Below are positions 32,301 through 44,107 of a stretch of DNA of 64,000 bases, in pieces (positions within the stretch are counted from its first letter, which is position 1; every line of letters starts with the position of its first letter). Source of the DNA: Mayamaea pseudoterrestris (Eukaryota); the NCBI GenBank assembly GCA_027923505.1, contig BROI01000021.1, positions 186,001-250,000 on the forward strand. The letters are read 5' to 3'. Under the pieces are notes generated by a model. The model did not search any database and was not told the DNA's origin. It saw only the letters and a list, made by a program, of their open reading frames with translations. The position numbers and the translations under genes are program-made.

Positions 32301-33593
32301 GTCGTCGTTGACTGATAACTTATTAAAATCAAAAAGAACCGGCTCATCTGACAGCTTGGCCTCCTTATCAATGTGCAGAGTCGAAAAGTCAAATCCAAAG
32401 TCTATATTGTCAAGCTGCATTGGCTCCGACATAGATTTGCGATGACGTGTCTTAGGTTGTTGCCCAGCTTCATCGTCATCTTGCTCAGCTCCATGATTTG
32501 GTCGATTCAGCGACGCGTTACCCATGTCTGGAGTAAATAATGTGAAAGTGGAAGCAGTGGAGTTGTCATCCAGGTCATCCGTCGTATTGGCGCGTCGACT
32601 CGTAGTGGTAGTAGCAGTGGGAGTGGTAGTCTTGGACGATAACCTTCCTCCTTGCTCACTGTCCTCATCCTGTAAACCGGGTCGAGCCGTCAACCTTGTA
32701 GTTGCCGTTCCTTGTGCAGGCGTTGCTAATGTTTGCTGCCTCGTAGGAACGGGTGAGTTGGCTCTTTGACTGCCGATATTGGCAAAGGGTGATTTCGCGC
32801 GAGCAGGTTGACAAGGCTTTTCTGCACTAGGATCCAGCATGGGCGATGCTCTTCCGGAGAAGTGACGAGCAACGCCGCGCACTGGAGTGCTTGCAGATGG
32901 TTCCTGTATAGCTGCTGTATTTGATGTATTGCTTGTAGCCGCAGTAGTGGTATTGTAGGCCATGGTATCGTGTTCCTTCTTTTCCTCCTCAACAGTGATA
33001 TTTCCGCGTTCATTTTTGCTGCTATTGCTTCGCGTAAAAATGCGAAACGGCGATGGGGACCTCGCTCGGACATGCGTAGAAGTATTTGCTGTCGATGCAG
33101 TCGCTGGTTTCGCTCCAAAGCCAAAGAATGAGCGTAACGGGGTGGAGCTCCTAGTATGCTGCTGTGGAAGACTGGATTGTCGCTCGCGCTGTCTTCCTCG
33201 CAACGCCACTGGAGTTCGCGCTGCTGCTGCAGCAGGAGGATCAAAAAGCGTCTGCAGATTTGTGCTTTTTGCTTCAAATCCAGCGGAATTCTCCTGCCCG
33301 GATGAATGCCAGGTTGATGTACTCGTCGGCTGCTGCTGCTGGCGCTGCAATCCCAAACTCCCTGCAGCTCCACTTCCAATGCTGCTGCAACTGCTGCTAC
33401 TCGTCTGTCGCTTCTCCAGATTCAATTGAATCAATTTTGCAGCCAAGTCTCTAAATTGCTCTCGTCCCAAATCGATTTCCAATCGGTCCTTTAATCGGTC
33501 GGCCAAATCCTCAATCTGCTGCTCGTTCCGACTTGCTCCTCCTCCATGCTCCTCGAGGCTCCACGAATCCATCAGCGACTGCAGATCCATCAT
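29373..33593 (-). CDS. TPR-repeat + C-terminal J-domain co-chaperone (DNAJC7-like) with long disordered N-terminus
   Basis: TPR motifs LLSNRAAC, LYCNRAAC and YMKALLRRARCY; J domain HYAVLG...VKKAYRAKALTEHPDK...AYEILSD. Start placed at ATG 33593. Confidence 0.85.
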   Translation of the reverse strand: MMDLQSLMDSWSLEEHGGGASRNEQQIEDLADRLKDRLEIDLGREQFRDLAAKLIQLNLEKRQTSSSSCSSIGSGAAGSLGLQRQQQQPTSTSTWHSSGQENSAGFEAKSTNLQTLFDPPAAAAARTPVALRGRQRERQSSLPQQHTRSSTPLRSFFGFGAKPATASTANTSTHVRARSPSPFRIFTRSNSSKNERGNITVEEEKKEHDTMAYNTTTAATSNTSNTAAIQEPSASTPVRGVARHFSGRASPMLDPSAEKPCQPARAKSPFANIGSQRANSPVPTRQQTLATPAQGTATTRLTARPGLQDEDSEQGGRLSSKTTTPTATTTTSRRANTTDDLDDNSTASTFTLFTPDMGNASLNRPNHGAEQDDDEAGQQPKTRHRKSMSEPMQLDNIDFGFDFSTLHIDKEAKLSDEPVLFDFNKLSVNDDTTHLPPNVTTRLTPPQQQFRTPKASTLVEDANAVFGHEPAANAFQTGRGKNRRKGGTPPFVTVNEAPVFDCPMPSSSFPNPFASAPARESNIPQQPIMSFASGTMPLHPVNHGLSNASSNTVDVGFSIGGPPVNCKGRGRGRVNSRRISSVKVAPTFRAPAPAVVTNPPSPMEVDSMEITPPPKFNVGIHHPTDGAAMFHIGTNIPRSKQATPIRNKTRAQAAYSWHTGAKSFAATAFGAADSFLNAQSKETHTPTNRFTEGSGPEKPLAPSQDEKRAELVAVLRDEARNLYEAKDFCGSIVQWTKAIKLFDGIDIPTPNDTLSVLLSNRAACFVMMEAFEPAIRDCIEGLLYVSEASGPGEFFSHDSGLPLRVKLLLRLGKAYLKSGDHVTAVQTLDKAIEHATRGLTMFPTILAQSDAEKCKSLLNQMVTEATLTKLDAERLADLCASISTCVATMSSGSAKKNDRRLFVEALAQVKSALSVACGSVNLFESKVTLLVTMNRWREVAGFLERLACSRVPLEALFHEIDLASHNPLPGVPKAKFLSASSFAVVDETDEEAEVKLNSKACGEAVLRLPHSLTQIYIRALRLEERYPSAEAALKSIEELVESGRHLYSGSVMHSKFSWLSREFIKLNKTKKGREYGDKLFRLQDYDLAAKEYGKCLAIDGEDLTSPSLRTAGGRLHAVLYCNRAACFMALHRYNDALDECAAALRIHPRYMKALLRRARCYSRLSRCEEAIREYEKWRELAAEGKSNPKTSSGGSPCWFDLPREVTAEDVTTVLKELDDVHIVKRRMDAAARETENRRNEWQRRHDNMHSQSYDGSNYRPNHNAQQRRQDWHNQRSDPFHWDSFAGRHPRSGPSASSKSSGNQEGNRARSANAGGSHSAHQRSVNGSPGSDLSISHYAVLGIDFNATARDVKKAYRAKALTEHPDKNIHDSNAADKFRRIQMAYEILSDAQTRYKYDTEHGFNRRR

Positions 33594-34240
33594 GTTAGTG
33601 GTACGCGCGTAGGGGTAGCCCAGTGCAGTGTCTACTGACTGAAAGTACTGTATAACAGTCACTTGATGATGTATTGGTATGGTATCGTGCTGCTCGTCCA
33701 GCCACGCGGATCCATCGTTTTCGCGCGTCGAGTGGTCGTTGTCGAGAGCCCGCACCCGCGCATCCGGCGCACGTCATCCAGGTATCTTTACGACAAATTT
33801 AGATATGCCTTTCGATGGAGGTTATGTAGATGGAGTATTCAAGGTTGAACTTTCACACTGCATGACTCCCTGTATCGAGAAAAGAGTACACTCGATTTGA
33901 TCCGCAATCATCCATCACAAATTGAACTACCAGTAGCCTCAACGAAATGCTGCCAATGGAAGGAAACGTAATGTGGTTCGATTTGAATATGTTTTGGCTG
34001 CATACTGTATAGCAATGGCTGGCTACAAGCATTCAACTCTGAATCCACACTCATTCATGCGAGGAGATGACGCTCACTTGCTGACGTGTTGTACGTATAC
34101 TCTACACTCTAGCCTTCATCGTTCCGACAAGTTTTTACAGTAGCATATTCGTTCGTTTGTGCAATGCGTACCGGTATGTACAAGCAAAGGCGACAAAATC
34201 ACTGTCGCTCGAGTCGCAACGAATGATCGATACTATATAT

Positions 34241-35269
34241 TTACAAGATGGGACATTCCTTGAGCAAGGAAAACACCGTATTGAAGCTGGAAACATCCGA
34301 TGAGGCTGCGATTAGCACTGGATACAATCTGAAATTAGCATCAATCATATGGATTGCCGCTGGAAATGCAAAGCTTAGTTCCTTGACGCCGTCCGTCCAC
34401 TGTCGACCAGCTGCGAGCGCAGCGTGCAAGGGTAAATGCCCGTGATGGGCAAATCCGGCTGCTCGCGGAAACGTCTCAACAAGCCGACGAACCAATGTAG
34501 CATCAAATGTAGGCTTTTTCATCATTGTATGGGAAACGACAAAGTGCAGAGGTAGCATGTTTTCGCATCGACGCATGGGAAGGGACGCTTGATGCGGATA
34601 CACTGAAAGCATCAAGTGTAAGAGGCTGTTCGAAAGTCCCAGCTCCAGAGCAACATGAAATTCCTCGTCATGTTTGATTGATTGGTTAAAGGTGGCGAAA
34701 TGAGCTGCCTTGATGGTCAACATGAGCTTGGTCCAGCCGATAGGTTCAGATGCAACGTTCAACGGATTGGCAGTCTTACTCCAATTGTCGCAAATAGCAT
34801 CTACCAATTTTCGACGACTAAATGTCTTGGTTTGCCACAAAGCCAAAGAGGGTTGTCGATGGAGTACATACTCAAGCATATTGACTGATTTTGATGGATG
34901 GTAAAGCAAACCTAACGCATCCTGTCCCATGACGTCGGTGTGAACAATCGCATCTGGAAATGCATCAAAGAGAATCTGCACCACTTGACTGGAGCAGTCC
35001 TGTCGGATGGCATGAAATATCGGTGTTCTTCCGTTGGCATCGACTGCATTGGCAGCCTTGGGATAGTCGTGGAGGCAAGCCTTGATTTCGGCGACTGCGA
35101 GGTTCTTGCTGGAGGTGCGAATCAATGCATGCAGTGGAGAATACGCAGTCTTCTTTGCCAAGGATGCACAGAAACGCTTCATGGGAGGAGCTACCAGTAG
35201 TAACGAAGCAAGAGTCGGCTGCTCTTCCAGCAAATGCTTGTTTTTCAAGCTTGCCGTTGCTTTCGTCAT
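34241..35269 (-). CDS. Ankyrin-repeat-like protein
   Basis: Repeated SPLH/GRTPIFHA/LPLH helix-turn-helix units separated by YP/FP-x-A linkers. Confidence 0.7.
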   Translation of the reverse strand: MTKATASLKNKHLLEEQPTLASLLLVAPPMKRFCASLAKKTAYSPLHALIRTSSKNLAVAEIKACLHDYPKAANAVDANGRTPIFHAIRQDCSSQVVQILFDAFPDAIVHTDVMGQDALGLLYHPSKSVNMLEYVLHRQPSLALWQTKTFSRRKLVDAICDNWSKTANPLNVASEPIGWTKLMLTIKAAHFATFNQSIKHDEEFHVALELGLSNSLLHLMLSVYPHQASLPMRRCENMLPLHFVVSHTMMKKPTFDATLVRRLVETFPRAAGFAHHGHLPLHAALAAGRQWTDGVKELSFAFPAAIHMIDANFRLYPVLIAASSDVSSFNTVFSLLKECPIL

Positions 35270-35718
35270 GACAATGCGAACAGGAATTTACAAGACGCAG
35301 CAGCTTATTTCGCCGAAGCTATGATTCAGTCCGCTTGCAAAGTCTTACAACCAAAGATGATACTATGATATAGATGCGACGGCGAGGCCCATGCTTGTTT
35401 TAGTCGTCGAACAAACGCACGTCGGACGGAAGATAGAGCGAAAGACGAATCATCGGTCGGCATGTTGACGAGGCCATTCCAAAGCGAAAGGGAACGCGAC
35501 GTCGGCATTCGGTCGTGCGATTCGACAAGAACGCCACGCAGGCTATTGCTAAAACACGTCATCATGACGAGCCAATCAGAATTGCCGACGAAGTCGATGA
35601 AAAGTCAACCGTGTCATTTTTAAAACCGCTTGTTTTTAGAAGTGGTACGACATGTGTGAGAACCGTACGTCACGCGCGACGCGCCACACAAACCGAAAAG
35701 AATGGAAGCCACAATGAT

Positions 35719-36207
35719 ATGAGCGCCGCTTCTGGAAGCCATAGAGAATTAACCATGGATTTGAATAACATGATAAACCCTTCATCTACTGCAGCGCCAA
35801 TTCGACTAGAAGATCCACGTACTTCCGCAGCGGCTGCAGGATCAAGGACCACGACAATAACTTCGCAGGAAGTCCATGACCAAACGGAAGCTGCTGATGA
35901 AATTTTGACACTTTCACTCCGCGCCAGGCCATCAGTTCGCTGGGATGATTCCGTCGTAGACAATGAAGGTCTTGGTCGCAAGACTAGTAAACGTTGTTGT
36001 ATATTTCACAAGGAACGAAGCTTTGGAGAATCGTCGACAGACTCGAGCGGCTCGAGCGACCATGAGTATGACTCCGACAATAGTAGCGGATCTAGCGCAG
36101 CAAGTGGAGATGATGCAGGCAAGAAACCAAAAAGCAGCAAGTCTCGTAAGATTGCACGTCCGAAGAAGAAGGAACAGGTTCCAGACTACCAGCGGTTTCA
36201 CGCCTAG
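35719..36207 (+). CDS. Protein phosphatase 1 inhibitor-3 (PPP1R11/Ypi1 family)
   Basis: Signature RPSVRWDDSVVDNEGLGRKTSKRCCIFHK (RVxW + VDNE + KxCCI) followed by a Ser/Asp-rich tract. Confidence 0.9.
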   Translation: MSAASGSHRELTMDLNNMINPSSTAAPIRLEDPRTSAAAAGSRTTTITSQEVHDQTEAADEILTLSLRARPSVRWDDSVVDNEGLGRKTSKRCCIFHKERSFGESSTDSSGSSDHEYDSDNSSGSSAASGDDAGKKPKSSKSRKIARPKKKEQVPDYQRFHA

Positions 36208-36521
36208 AACTGACGAGGCTGTTTGCATGCAAAGAGTGTCTTTATGTAAAGTCACATCACACTTGCATTGCGGCTTTTCATTTAGATTTTAAGTTATACA
36301 AGTACTATACAGCACAAAGCTATACTTATTGGATTAAAGCACGGGACGACCGAGGATATGGTAGGGACGCAGGACATGTAGTCAATCAAGAAGCAAAGAA
36401 CGAATGACTGCACAGCACAAAACTTTCCAAATATTAGCCGCAATCCATGTCCACTCATGGAAGAGATGGGTGAGCATGCGTGAGAATACCCTGCGCCACG
36501 CAAACAACTTTCCATTGTGAT

Positions 36522-38669
36522 TTACGTCGCTAGTCGCTGAGAACGACGAGTCACAACACTTTTGTTTGTTGGCGTCTGCTGGTCCAGCGCCTTTTCGTGC
36601 TTATTATCAAGCTGGCTAGCGCTGCTCTCGTCAGATGAGTCGTCGCAGCTCTTGTATGACGCTTCTGAAGCGGGCACAATGGTGGCACTCTTTGTGGCTG
36701 GCGCAACGTGCGGCATCTCTAATGAGTCCAAAATAGCATTGGCTTGGTTTGCAGCCTCATCGCTAGCATCCTCCCGACTGACATGGCCGCGTCTATTGCT
36801 ATTCATCATACTGCTAACAACCCCAGTGTCGAAAGCAATCTTGGCCGTGATGAGCTTGTTGGACGCTGGACTGAATTTAGCACGGAAACTGCCGCGAAAT
36901 GTCAATCCAGAATGCGACTACCAGTAAAAGAAATTGAAAAGGCAAGAAATAAGCGACTTCATTGTCAATTTGCAATTTATATCCTTGACGCGCAACTTAC
37001 CGGCTGTCCGCCAACGTAAGGTATCGCTTCCCACTCTAGGACAGCAAAGCAACCATCCATAAAAAAGTCAGTACGATCACAACGATACTGGAGAGTGACG
37101 AAGTCTGTCATGTCGTCTTCCAACGTTTGCAAAAAATTGGACAAATGGTCTGCGTCTTCCATAACGGCATGAACGCCCAAGAGTTGTTGCTGACAATCAT
37201 TATTTTCCGAGCCACCATCAACCATGCTGCGATAGCTAGTAATCGGCAAGGTAAAGGCAAATCCATCCTCCAAAATGGCCGCCCAACGCGTAGAGCTCTT
37301 TTCGTTTCGTCCGCGCAGTTTCAAAAATTCCTCGGAAACACGGAAACGAACCTCGCGCTGCTCCAAGTCGCGCTGCAACAACTGCTTGCGTTGGACTTCG
37401 GCAGCGTCGCGTTGGTTGACAACCTCGACCAATGTTCGCTTGAGCTCATCAACGTAGGCCTTTTTTCGGAGACGGGTATTTCGGGCATGCTCCCGGTTGC
37501 GGTCGCGGTTTTGTTTGGCCCGGTCATCGGCCGTCAGTGTCGGACGAGCACGCGCGCGCTCAGCCTGGAGTTTAGCATCGTGGCTGCTGCCAAATGATGA
37601 CGACGCAGCAATGGCTGGAGCAACCATTGCGGAAACGCTGGCACTGGCCGTCACCCAGTTATTTCCGGTAAGCGCCTTCACGTGAGAAGTGCTGGTATCA
37701 ACTTTGCCAGTAAAGGCAATGTCACCCTTGTCCAGCGGAACATCATCAGCGGTCTTGGCCGTGGAAATGAGCGACGAAACGGCCGCCTGAGCGAGTGACT
37801 TGAAGTTAGACTTGTCGCGCGATTGTATAACGTTGGGTGCAGATCCATGGGGCTTGACAGCAACTGCGTCCACAACTGGAACACGATTGACCGCTCCCGA
37901 TAGCTCTTTCGGTGGCACAACCTTTGGAGCACCGCTTTCTGTTCGCGAATCCGCCAATGATTCATCCTCATTATCACAGTGCTCCGAGGCCTTGAGTTCT
38001 CCTTCTGGTGACGCACCCTTGATCGCGCGGGTGTTGCGTGTGGGCGTCACTGGAGTCGTTGGCTTTCGCGAGGAGCTATTGTTTCCGCCACGAGCTGGAG
38101 AAGCTTTCTTCTTGACAGACGCCGGCCCATCGGCGTTACTATTCTTGCGCTTTTTAGATCCCTCCTTTATAGCTCCAGTCCCTTCGGCACCTCCTAATTC
38201 ACTCTTTTTAGCCTTTTCAGGCGGAAGAAGCGTCGTCAAGTCGTTGAACGAAGTGGAGGGTCGAAAGGCACCAAACCCATCGTCGTCCTTTTCCGCTTGA
38301 CCATTTTGAACCTTGCCTGTAGACTGCGCTGGAGTTTCCGCCCCTTGACCAAGCAGATTTGCAATGTCTGTTGCATAAAATTCGAAGGCGGGATTTAGTC
38401 AAAGAAAGTTCATCTCTGCAACGCTCAACTCCCAGACAATCCGAGTATAACTTACAAGCGTTGTGATGATGATCATGATGGTCCTCATCCGCGACGGAAC
38501 TGTTGTAAATGTCATCCATCAAATCGTCCGAAAACAAGTCTCCCTCGAACAAGTCGCGAGATGGAGTGTCTTCTTCATCGTTGTTGTTATTGCTGGGAAT
38601 CTTTTCACTGTTAGTTGTGGCAGCAGGAGTTGATGTTTCTTCGGCAGGGGTCCAATCGTCCGAGTACAT
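36522..38669 (-). CDS. bZIP transcription factor, paralog A; exons 38669-38456, 38367-37001, 36917-36522
   Basis: Basic region QNRDRNREHARNTRLRKKAYVDEL plus coiled coil. Two GTAAGT...AG introns (38455-38368, 37000-36918) join three ORFs in frame. Confidence 0.88.
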
Positions 38670-39957
38670 GGTAACTTAAAAGTTGCTGGATGTTTCTTGT
38701 CTTATATTCTAGCAAAAAGTATGTGATTTACAATTGATTGAGACAGCCTTTGTAATGTCAAAGGCTCGAGCGAGTGAGATCGATTGGCGATTGGTGAAAG
38801 AGTGATGGGTGTGTGCGAGGTGATGGGTGGAGGAAAAAGATTGGAAAAAGTCTCTTTCTCTATGGAGCGTTCAAGTCTGCGAAATATACGAAAAAGCGAG
38901 ATTAGGTTAGTGAGTATCTTTGTATCAAGCAAAAGTCATTATGGCATTGATACGACAACGCAGATGGAAGATCCAGGAGGTCCGTGCCAAGCGACGTATA
39001 GCAATCGGCTTGATCGAATATATCCCTCCCTCGCTGGCTTTCCAATCCATTTGGAAGCGCTCTTCACTCAGCACAAGAATCGTTCGAGTACAATCTTGTC
39101 TTTGAAAAAGGACACACGGCCGTTTCCGATGGGTGCTTGATGGGTGATGTGTATCCTCCATTGGCAACCATGGGGGATTCTCTATCATGAACGAGTAGAC
39201 GAGTAGAGCGACTCGAAACCTAGTCTCTCTATCATGTTCTATTGGCTCTTCATTCCAAGTAACTCACCTGTCATATAAAGTGATGGAAGAGAAGAAAGAA
39301 ACAAAAGGACGAATCTACCAGTACCAAGGAGAGATGTGGATGAACGGACTGCGCAAGCCATCAAAGAGCTTTGCGTGTGGATCGTCCAGTCACCAGTCTA
39401 TGATACCCGGGAACGATCTTCAACCGGGAGCCAATGATCGCCGACAAAATATCAAATGCATTTTGATTGGCTATATGTTTCTGAAATCAGATCACCAATA
39501 TGAATAGAGCTCTCACAGATCAACGAGGACCAATGCTTTTTTGTGTGATGAGTCACTGATAGAAATTCACGATCAACCATCCAATAACAAATCGGAAAAC
39601 CGTGACGTACATTTCAATTCGATCGTGTATCACTGCTCAAACCATGGCAGAAGGCAAGTCGAAGCTCGATGCTCGAGTAGCAAGCAGAGTGCTGCGAGCA
39701 AAGAAGTACAGAAATGCTGCATCTCCTAATACCGTAAAGTTACCATGATGCTTTGTCGCCGTGGACAAAAGTATGGTGTTTTTGTTTGTCGTGTAAATGC
39801 CAAACGACATAAAATTCTATCGAAAATTCAATTTTTGGTAAAACACATAGTTGCTATAGCACATTTTTTGGTTAGCCTAGCTGCGTTGCACAAAGAAGTT
39901 CATTTGCACATGACTGCAAGTGAACTACATACATGAAATCCCCAGTGAACAGTCGAA

Positions 39958-41666
39958 TTATAATTCTTGTTTGTCGTTCATTGAGCCCGAAAGGCTGCCG
40001 TCCGTCGACGTGTCATCCTTCTCCGACTCACCCGAGGAACCTACAGATGGCGTGACAAGGTTACTCTTGTTCATGTTTGATGACGCCACAAGACGTGGGA
40101 TACCAATCGAGCTCAAGATGGCGTCCGCTTCACTGCCATCTTCGTCCGCATTCGCGCGTTCGTACTCGACCATGGAAACGTTGCGCTTCATCGATGGACG
40201 GATGACAGAGTGAATAACTCCGGTATCGAACATAAGCTTGGCCGAAACAAGTTTATTGGATGTTGGACAGAAGCTGGCACGAAAGCTGCCTTTGAAGTAA
40301 CGTTCCGTCCCGACGATGTTTGCTTCCCATTCCAAAATGCCGATGGTGCCATCCATGACAAAACCATCGCGGTCACACGTGTACTTTAACACGGCACCTT
40401 GACCAAACAAGCAAAGGAAACCGGACAAGTGCGATGCGTCAGCCATGCAGTCACTTACCCCTTTGATGACTTGCTCAGTGTTAGCGCCGCTGTGTACCAT
40501 ATTTCTGTAGTGCGTGGCCGGGAGAGTGAGGGAAAAATGCTCATCTAAGATGGCAGACCATCGACTAATGCTTGCTTCATTTGTCCCACGAAGCTTGAGG
40601 AACTCCTCAATGACACGAAACCGCACTTCCTTTTGCTCGGCTTCCATGTGATCCATTCTGCGTTTCTCCTGCTCAGCTTCATCGCGCTGCGCTACAAGCT
40701 CCACAAGTGTTTTCTTCAGCTCGTCCACGTAAGCCTTTTTGCGTAGCCGCGTATTTCTAGCATGTTCGCGGTTGCGATCACGATTTTGGGAGGCTCGTTC
40801 GTCGGCCGTTAATGGTTGGCGGCGAACGTTGCGATTGGTACATTTGTTGCTGCTTGCTTGACTGCCCGTGGAAGCGAGTGATGCCGATGATGACGACGAA
40901 ATATTGGTCATCGGTGCAGCATTTGCAATGCTCGAAGACGCATAGACCCAATTGTTTCCAGTAAGCGCCTTGACATGCGCCGTGCTCGTGTCTACATTGT
41001 CGGACGCTCGCTTGTCTTTGTTAGCTTCCGTTGTACCCATCAATGCCGTTACCGCTGCTTGTGCAGTGGCCTTGAGCCCCGTCGTTCCCGGAGGATCGAC
41101 AGAGTTTTTCTTATCCATCATGTTGGAGTTTGACAAACATTGGTCGGTAGCAGCGACAGAGGCAGCCACGCCTTGCATTTGACCCACGGTGGCTGGGGAG
41201 GACGGCACCATGTGTGACTTGTTAGTTGCCTTGGACGCTGCAATGGTGCGCGACCTTTTGGGCGAGACCGATGGCGATCCCGACGCCTTGCGCTTTTTGG
41301 GTGACTTTGTTGTCAATTTGCCTTTAGGAGCATTCGAAGCGTCCGCTGCAGCAGTTGCTTCATTGAGCGAGCCATCCAAAATGGTCTTGATGTCGTTGAG
41401 AAAAACAGCGGGGCGGAAGACATCCAAACCGTCGTCTCCGACAGCCCCGGCATTGTCGTAGGGATTCAGCTGCAAGCCTGACATGTCTATTGACAAGGGT
41501 TAACAAGTGTAAGCTTTGACTGGGTAAAATCTACTCGTACAAACGTTCACACGTACACGCACTTACAGTTGCTGTCGAATATGATTTCGTCTAGCATAGG
41601 CATGAGTTCGCCATCGAACAGGCCAGTTTCGGCTTCGTTGGTTTCGTTCTGCCAGACAGGGGTCAT
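39958..41666 (-). CDS. bZIP transcription factor, paralog B; exons 41666-41567 and 41486-39958
   Basis: Same basic region QNRDRNREHARNTRLRKKAYVDEL; GTAAGT...ATAG intron 41566-41487 keeps frame. Confidence 0.88.
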
Positions 41667-43006
41667 ATGAAACTAGCGTATGTGATTGCACTGATAGTTC
41701 TTGTTAAAAGTTAGTAGATGCTTCTTTGTAAGGTAGACTGCTGGATTGCTGAGAGAAAAAAGCGCTAGTGTCAAAGGTAATGGGCTGCCCTGTAAAGTCT
41801 GTTTGGATGAATGATATGATACAGTAGAGTGCTGCAACGAAAGAAAGATACATAGTGAGCAAGCGCTTGTACTCGTACAGGAGGCGCGAGGAGGCAATAC
41901 CGCTGATGGGAGCAAGCATGGCAATCTCTCTTCCGACAGAATTCACAAGGCAGGAGACTCTCCGATGGGTAACGGTGCATGGAATTCAGTGAAACACGGG
42001 CATTCATCAACATGTCGTTATATATTCGATGCTTCTCACTCTATTCTAAAGCGGTATCATCGAACAGATTCCATTCGATTCGATGCTAATCTCATCAGAA
42101 GATTCGGCCATTTCAAAGCAGCGACTGTCAATCGGTCATTTCATCGCACCGCAAGACTCACCGAATAAATAATGAATGCGAGAAGTGGATGATTAGCTGG
42201 CGAAGTGAAGGTGGAGATGTACAGATATGGTCATGGACAGCACCAACGGCAAGAGGTTTCCCCTACTGTAAGCCCATGGAGCAAGTCAAAAAGTTGCCGT
42301 CGCGTTGCAAAAAGTGAAGCGGTCGACCCCAAGTGCTCACGAGCGATCGATAATGGGCGACGACGAACCGAGCGACTGTTCGCGTGCAATTTCATCGATC
42401 GTGCGAGTAATGATGGCGTGTCGCTGGCTGACGTACCTCAAATGACTCTTGCTCAACCAATCACAGCCTGCAACGAAGGTGACGATGTTGTCGTGGACAC
42501 GTTGATGCATTTTGGCGAAACTTGGCCATGGAAACTCACAACGCTGACCATTCACATTGTGAAATTGCCTAAGCAGCGAGCATTGCATGACCACGTCTTG
42601 TGACGACTGCAATATCTTCTGACGCATGCAGAGAGGGCAATGATTGATGAACCATTTATGACTCACATGTTCATGAGAATGGCCTAGTTGATACATTTGC
42701 CCCTCTTCCAGTTGCGGCCTTGGCTTGGCGTAGCCGCTCCAGTGGCGTACCGGTACCAAGTACATATCGATCATAACAAGTGCCAAGCCATCTACGTACA
42801 ACGTTGTCTGCTACGTCAAAGATCTGTACTGTAGAGCATTTAAATATTGAACAAGTACGGTAGGGCAACATCGCAAGAAAGAGGTGCGAGCAATCCATTG
42901 CCAAAGAACAGCGTGCATGATTGTAGATTCGAAAATATACCCTTTGAGTACAATTTGTACAGACTAATACGACCGTAATAGAACGAAAATGCATATACAG
43001 CCTGTA

Positions 43007-44107
43007 CTATTTTATGCGGGTCGCCGTCAATAGGATTGGAGCGTCGGTCCAACCAACCTTGGCATGCTGGTATACTCGCCATGTTTGCCGCGGCGGACCC
43101 GACTGCTGAACGTACTCTACAGCCTTTCGCAAAGAGTCCTTCTGTCCGCTATCGAGTTGCGACAATGACTCTATGTATTCGTTCCAATCCTGGGTATTGC
43201 TCGTCAGCAATGCCAGACATTCCAAAAAAGCGTAAGCCATTTCATGCTCCAACTGATTCGTCCGCGGGTAGGTTGTAACGCTGAGCAGTCCACCGACTCG
43301 AAGCAGTAGCGAAGCATCAATCAATGACTCCAATGTTGAAATCGGTGTGGTGATGCATTGTTCCTTGTTGTTCGACTGCGGGAGGAAGCCAAGGTTGTAG
43401 ACGACTAACGCGACGGATGATGAGTTCTGCCGAGTAATTGCTAGTGGAGCGTGCGACATTTTCATGATATGAATGCGATCTTGCTCCAGTTGCACTGGAT
43501 ATTGCAACTCTAATCGCTGTCGCGTCGTTTCGCATGCTTGCTGTTGAATATCAATGCAGTAAAGCTTGGACGCAGTACTTGTGCTTGTGATGTCGTGTAA
43601 AGGAAACAAAATGTTTGCAATCGCCAGCGAATCATTGCCATTGCCAGCCGTCGCATCAATCGCTGAATCAATTCCTGGTCTCAGAATAGTCTTCCAAAGC
43701 AAATGTGCCAATGCCGTCGTGGCAATGGTCGGATTACTATTGTAGTGTAGCGATAAGTGACGCTGCAGTTGTAGCTCCTCCTCGTAGTTTGCAACCTTCG
43801 CTTGCTTATCGTTGGTCGAGGCAGCGGCAGCTGCTTGAGTCGAATTACCGGTAGACTTGCAGGTGAGAGTGCTTCCAGCACGTGACAAAACCCTTCGTAG
43901 CAGCAAATCAATACTACCGGTTAACTTTCGTTTATCGTTGAGCCTGTGGTTGTTGCTGCCACCGCCGATTGCTCGACATGAAGGGTCATGGAGAACGTTT
44001 CGGCTTCGACGAACAAACGTCCTTTTAGATACAAAACAGCTTCGCACGGTAGTCTGTCTCGATATGAAACAAAATACTGCTAGCATGGCAATAACTTGTA
44101 TCGTCAT
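43007..44107 (-). CDS. SAM-dependent methyltransferase, MnmM/YtqB-like ('putative rRNA methylase'), with organelle-targeting leader
   Basis: IDATAGNGND, DIQ, VYNLGFLP and LLRVGGLLSVTTYP motifs; hydrophobic signal followed by an Arg/Ser-rich transit-like region. Confidence 0.8.
   Translation of the reverse strand: MTIQVIAMLAVFCFISRQTTVRSCFVSKRTFVRRSRNVLHDPSCRAIGGGSNNHRLNDKRKLTGSIDLLLRRVLSRAGSTLTCKSTGNSTQAAAAASTNDKQAKVANYEEELQLQRHLSLHYNSNPTIATTALAHLLWKTILRPGIDSAIDATAGNGNDSLAIANILFPLHDITSTSTASKLYCIDIQQQACETTRQRLELQYPVQLEQDRIHIMKMSHAPLAITRQNSSSVALVVYNLGFLPQSNNKEQCITTPISTLESLIDASLLLRVGGLLSVTTYPRTNQLEHEMAYAFLECLALLTSNTQDWNEYIESLSQLDSGQKDSLRKAVEYVQQSGPPRQTWRVYQHAKVGWTDAPILLTATRIK

Noticed and set aside
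41673..43000. Short ORFs in the long intergenic region upstream of bZIP paralog B
   Set aside because: No motifs; more likely regulatory or UTR sequence.
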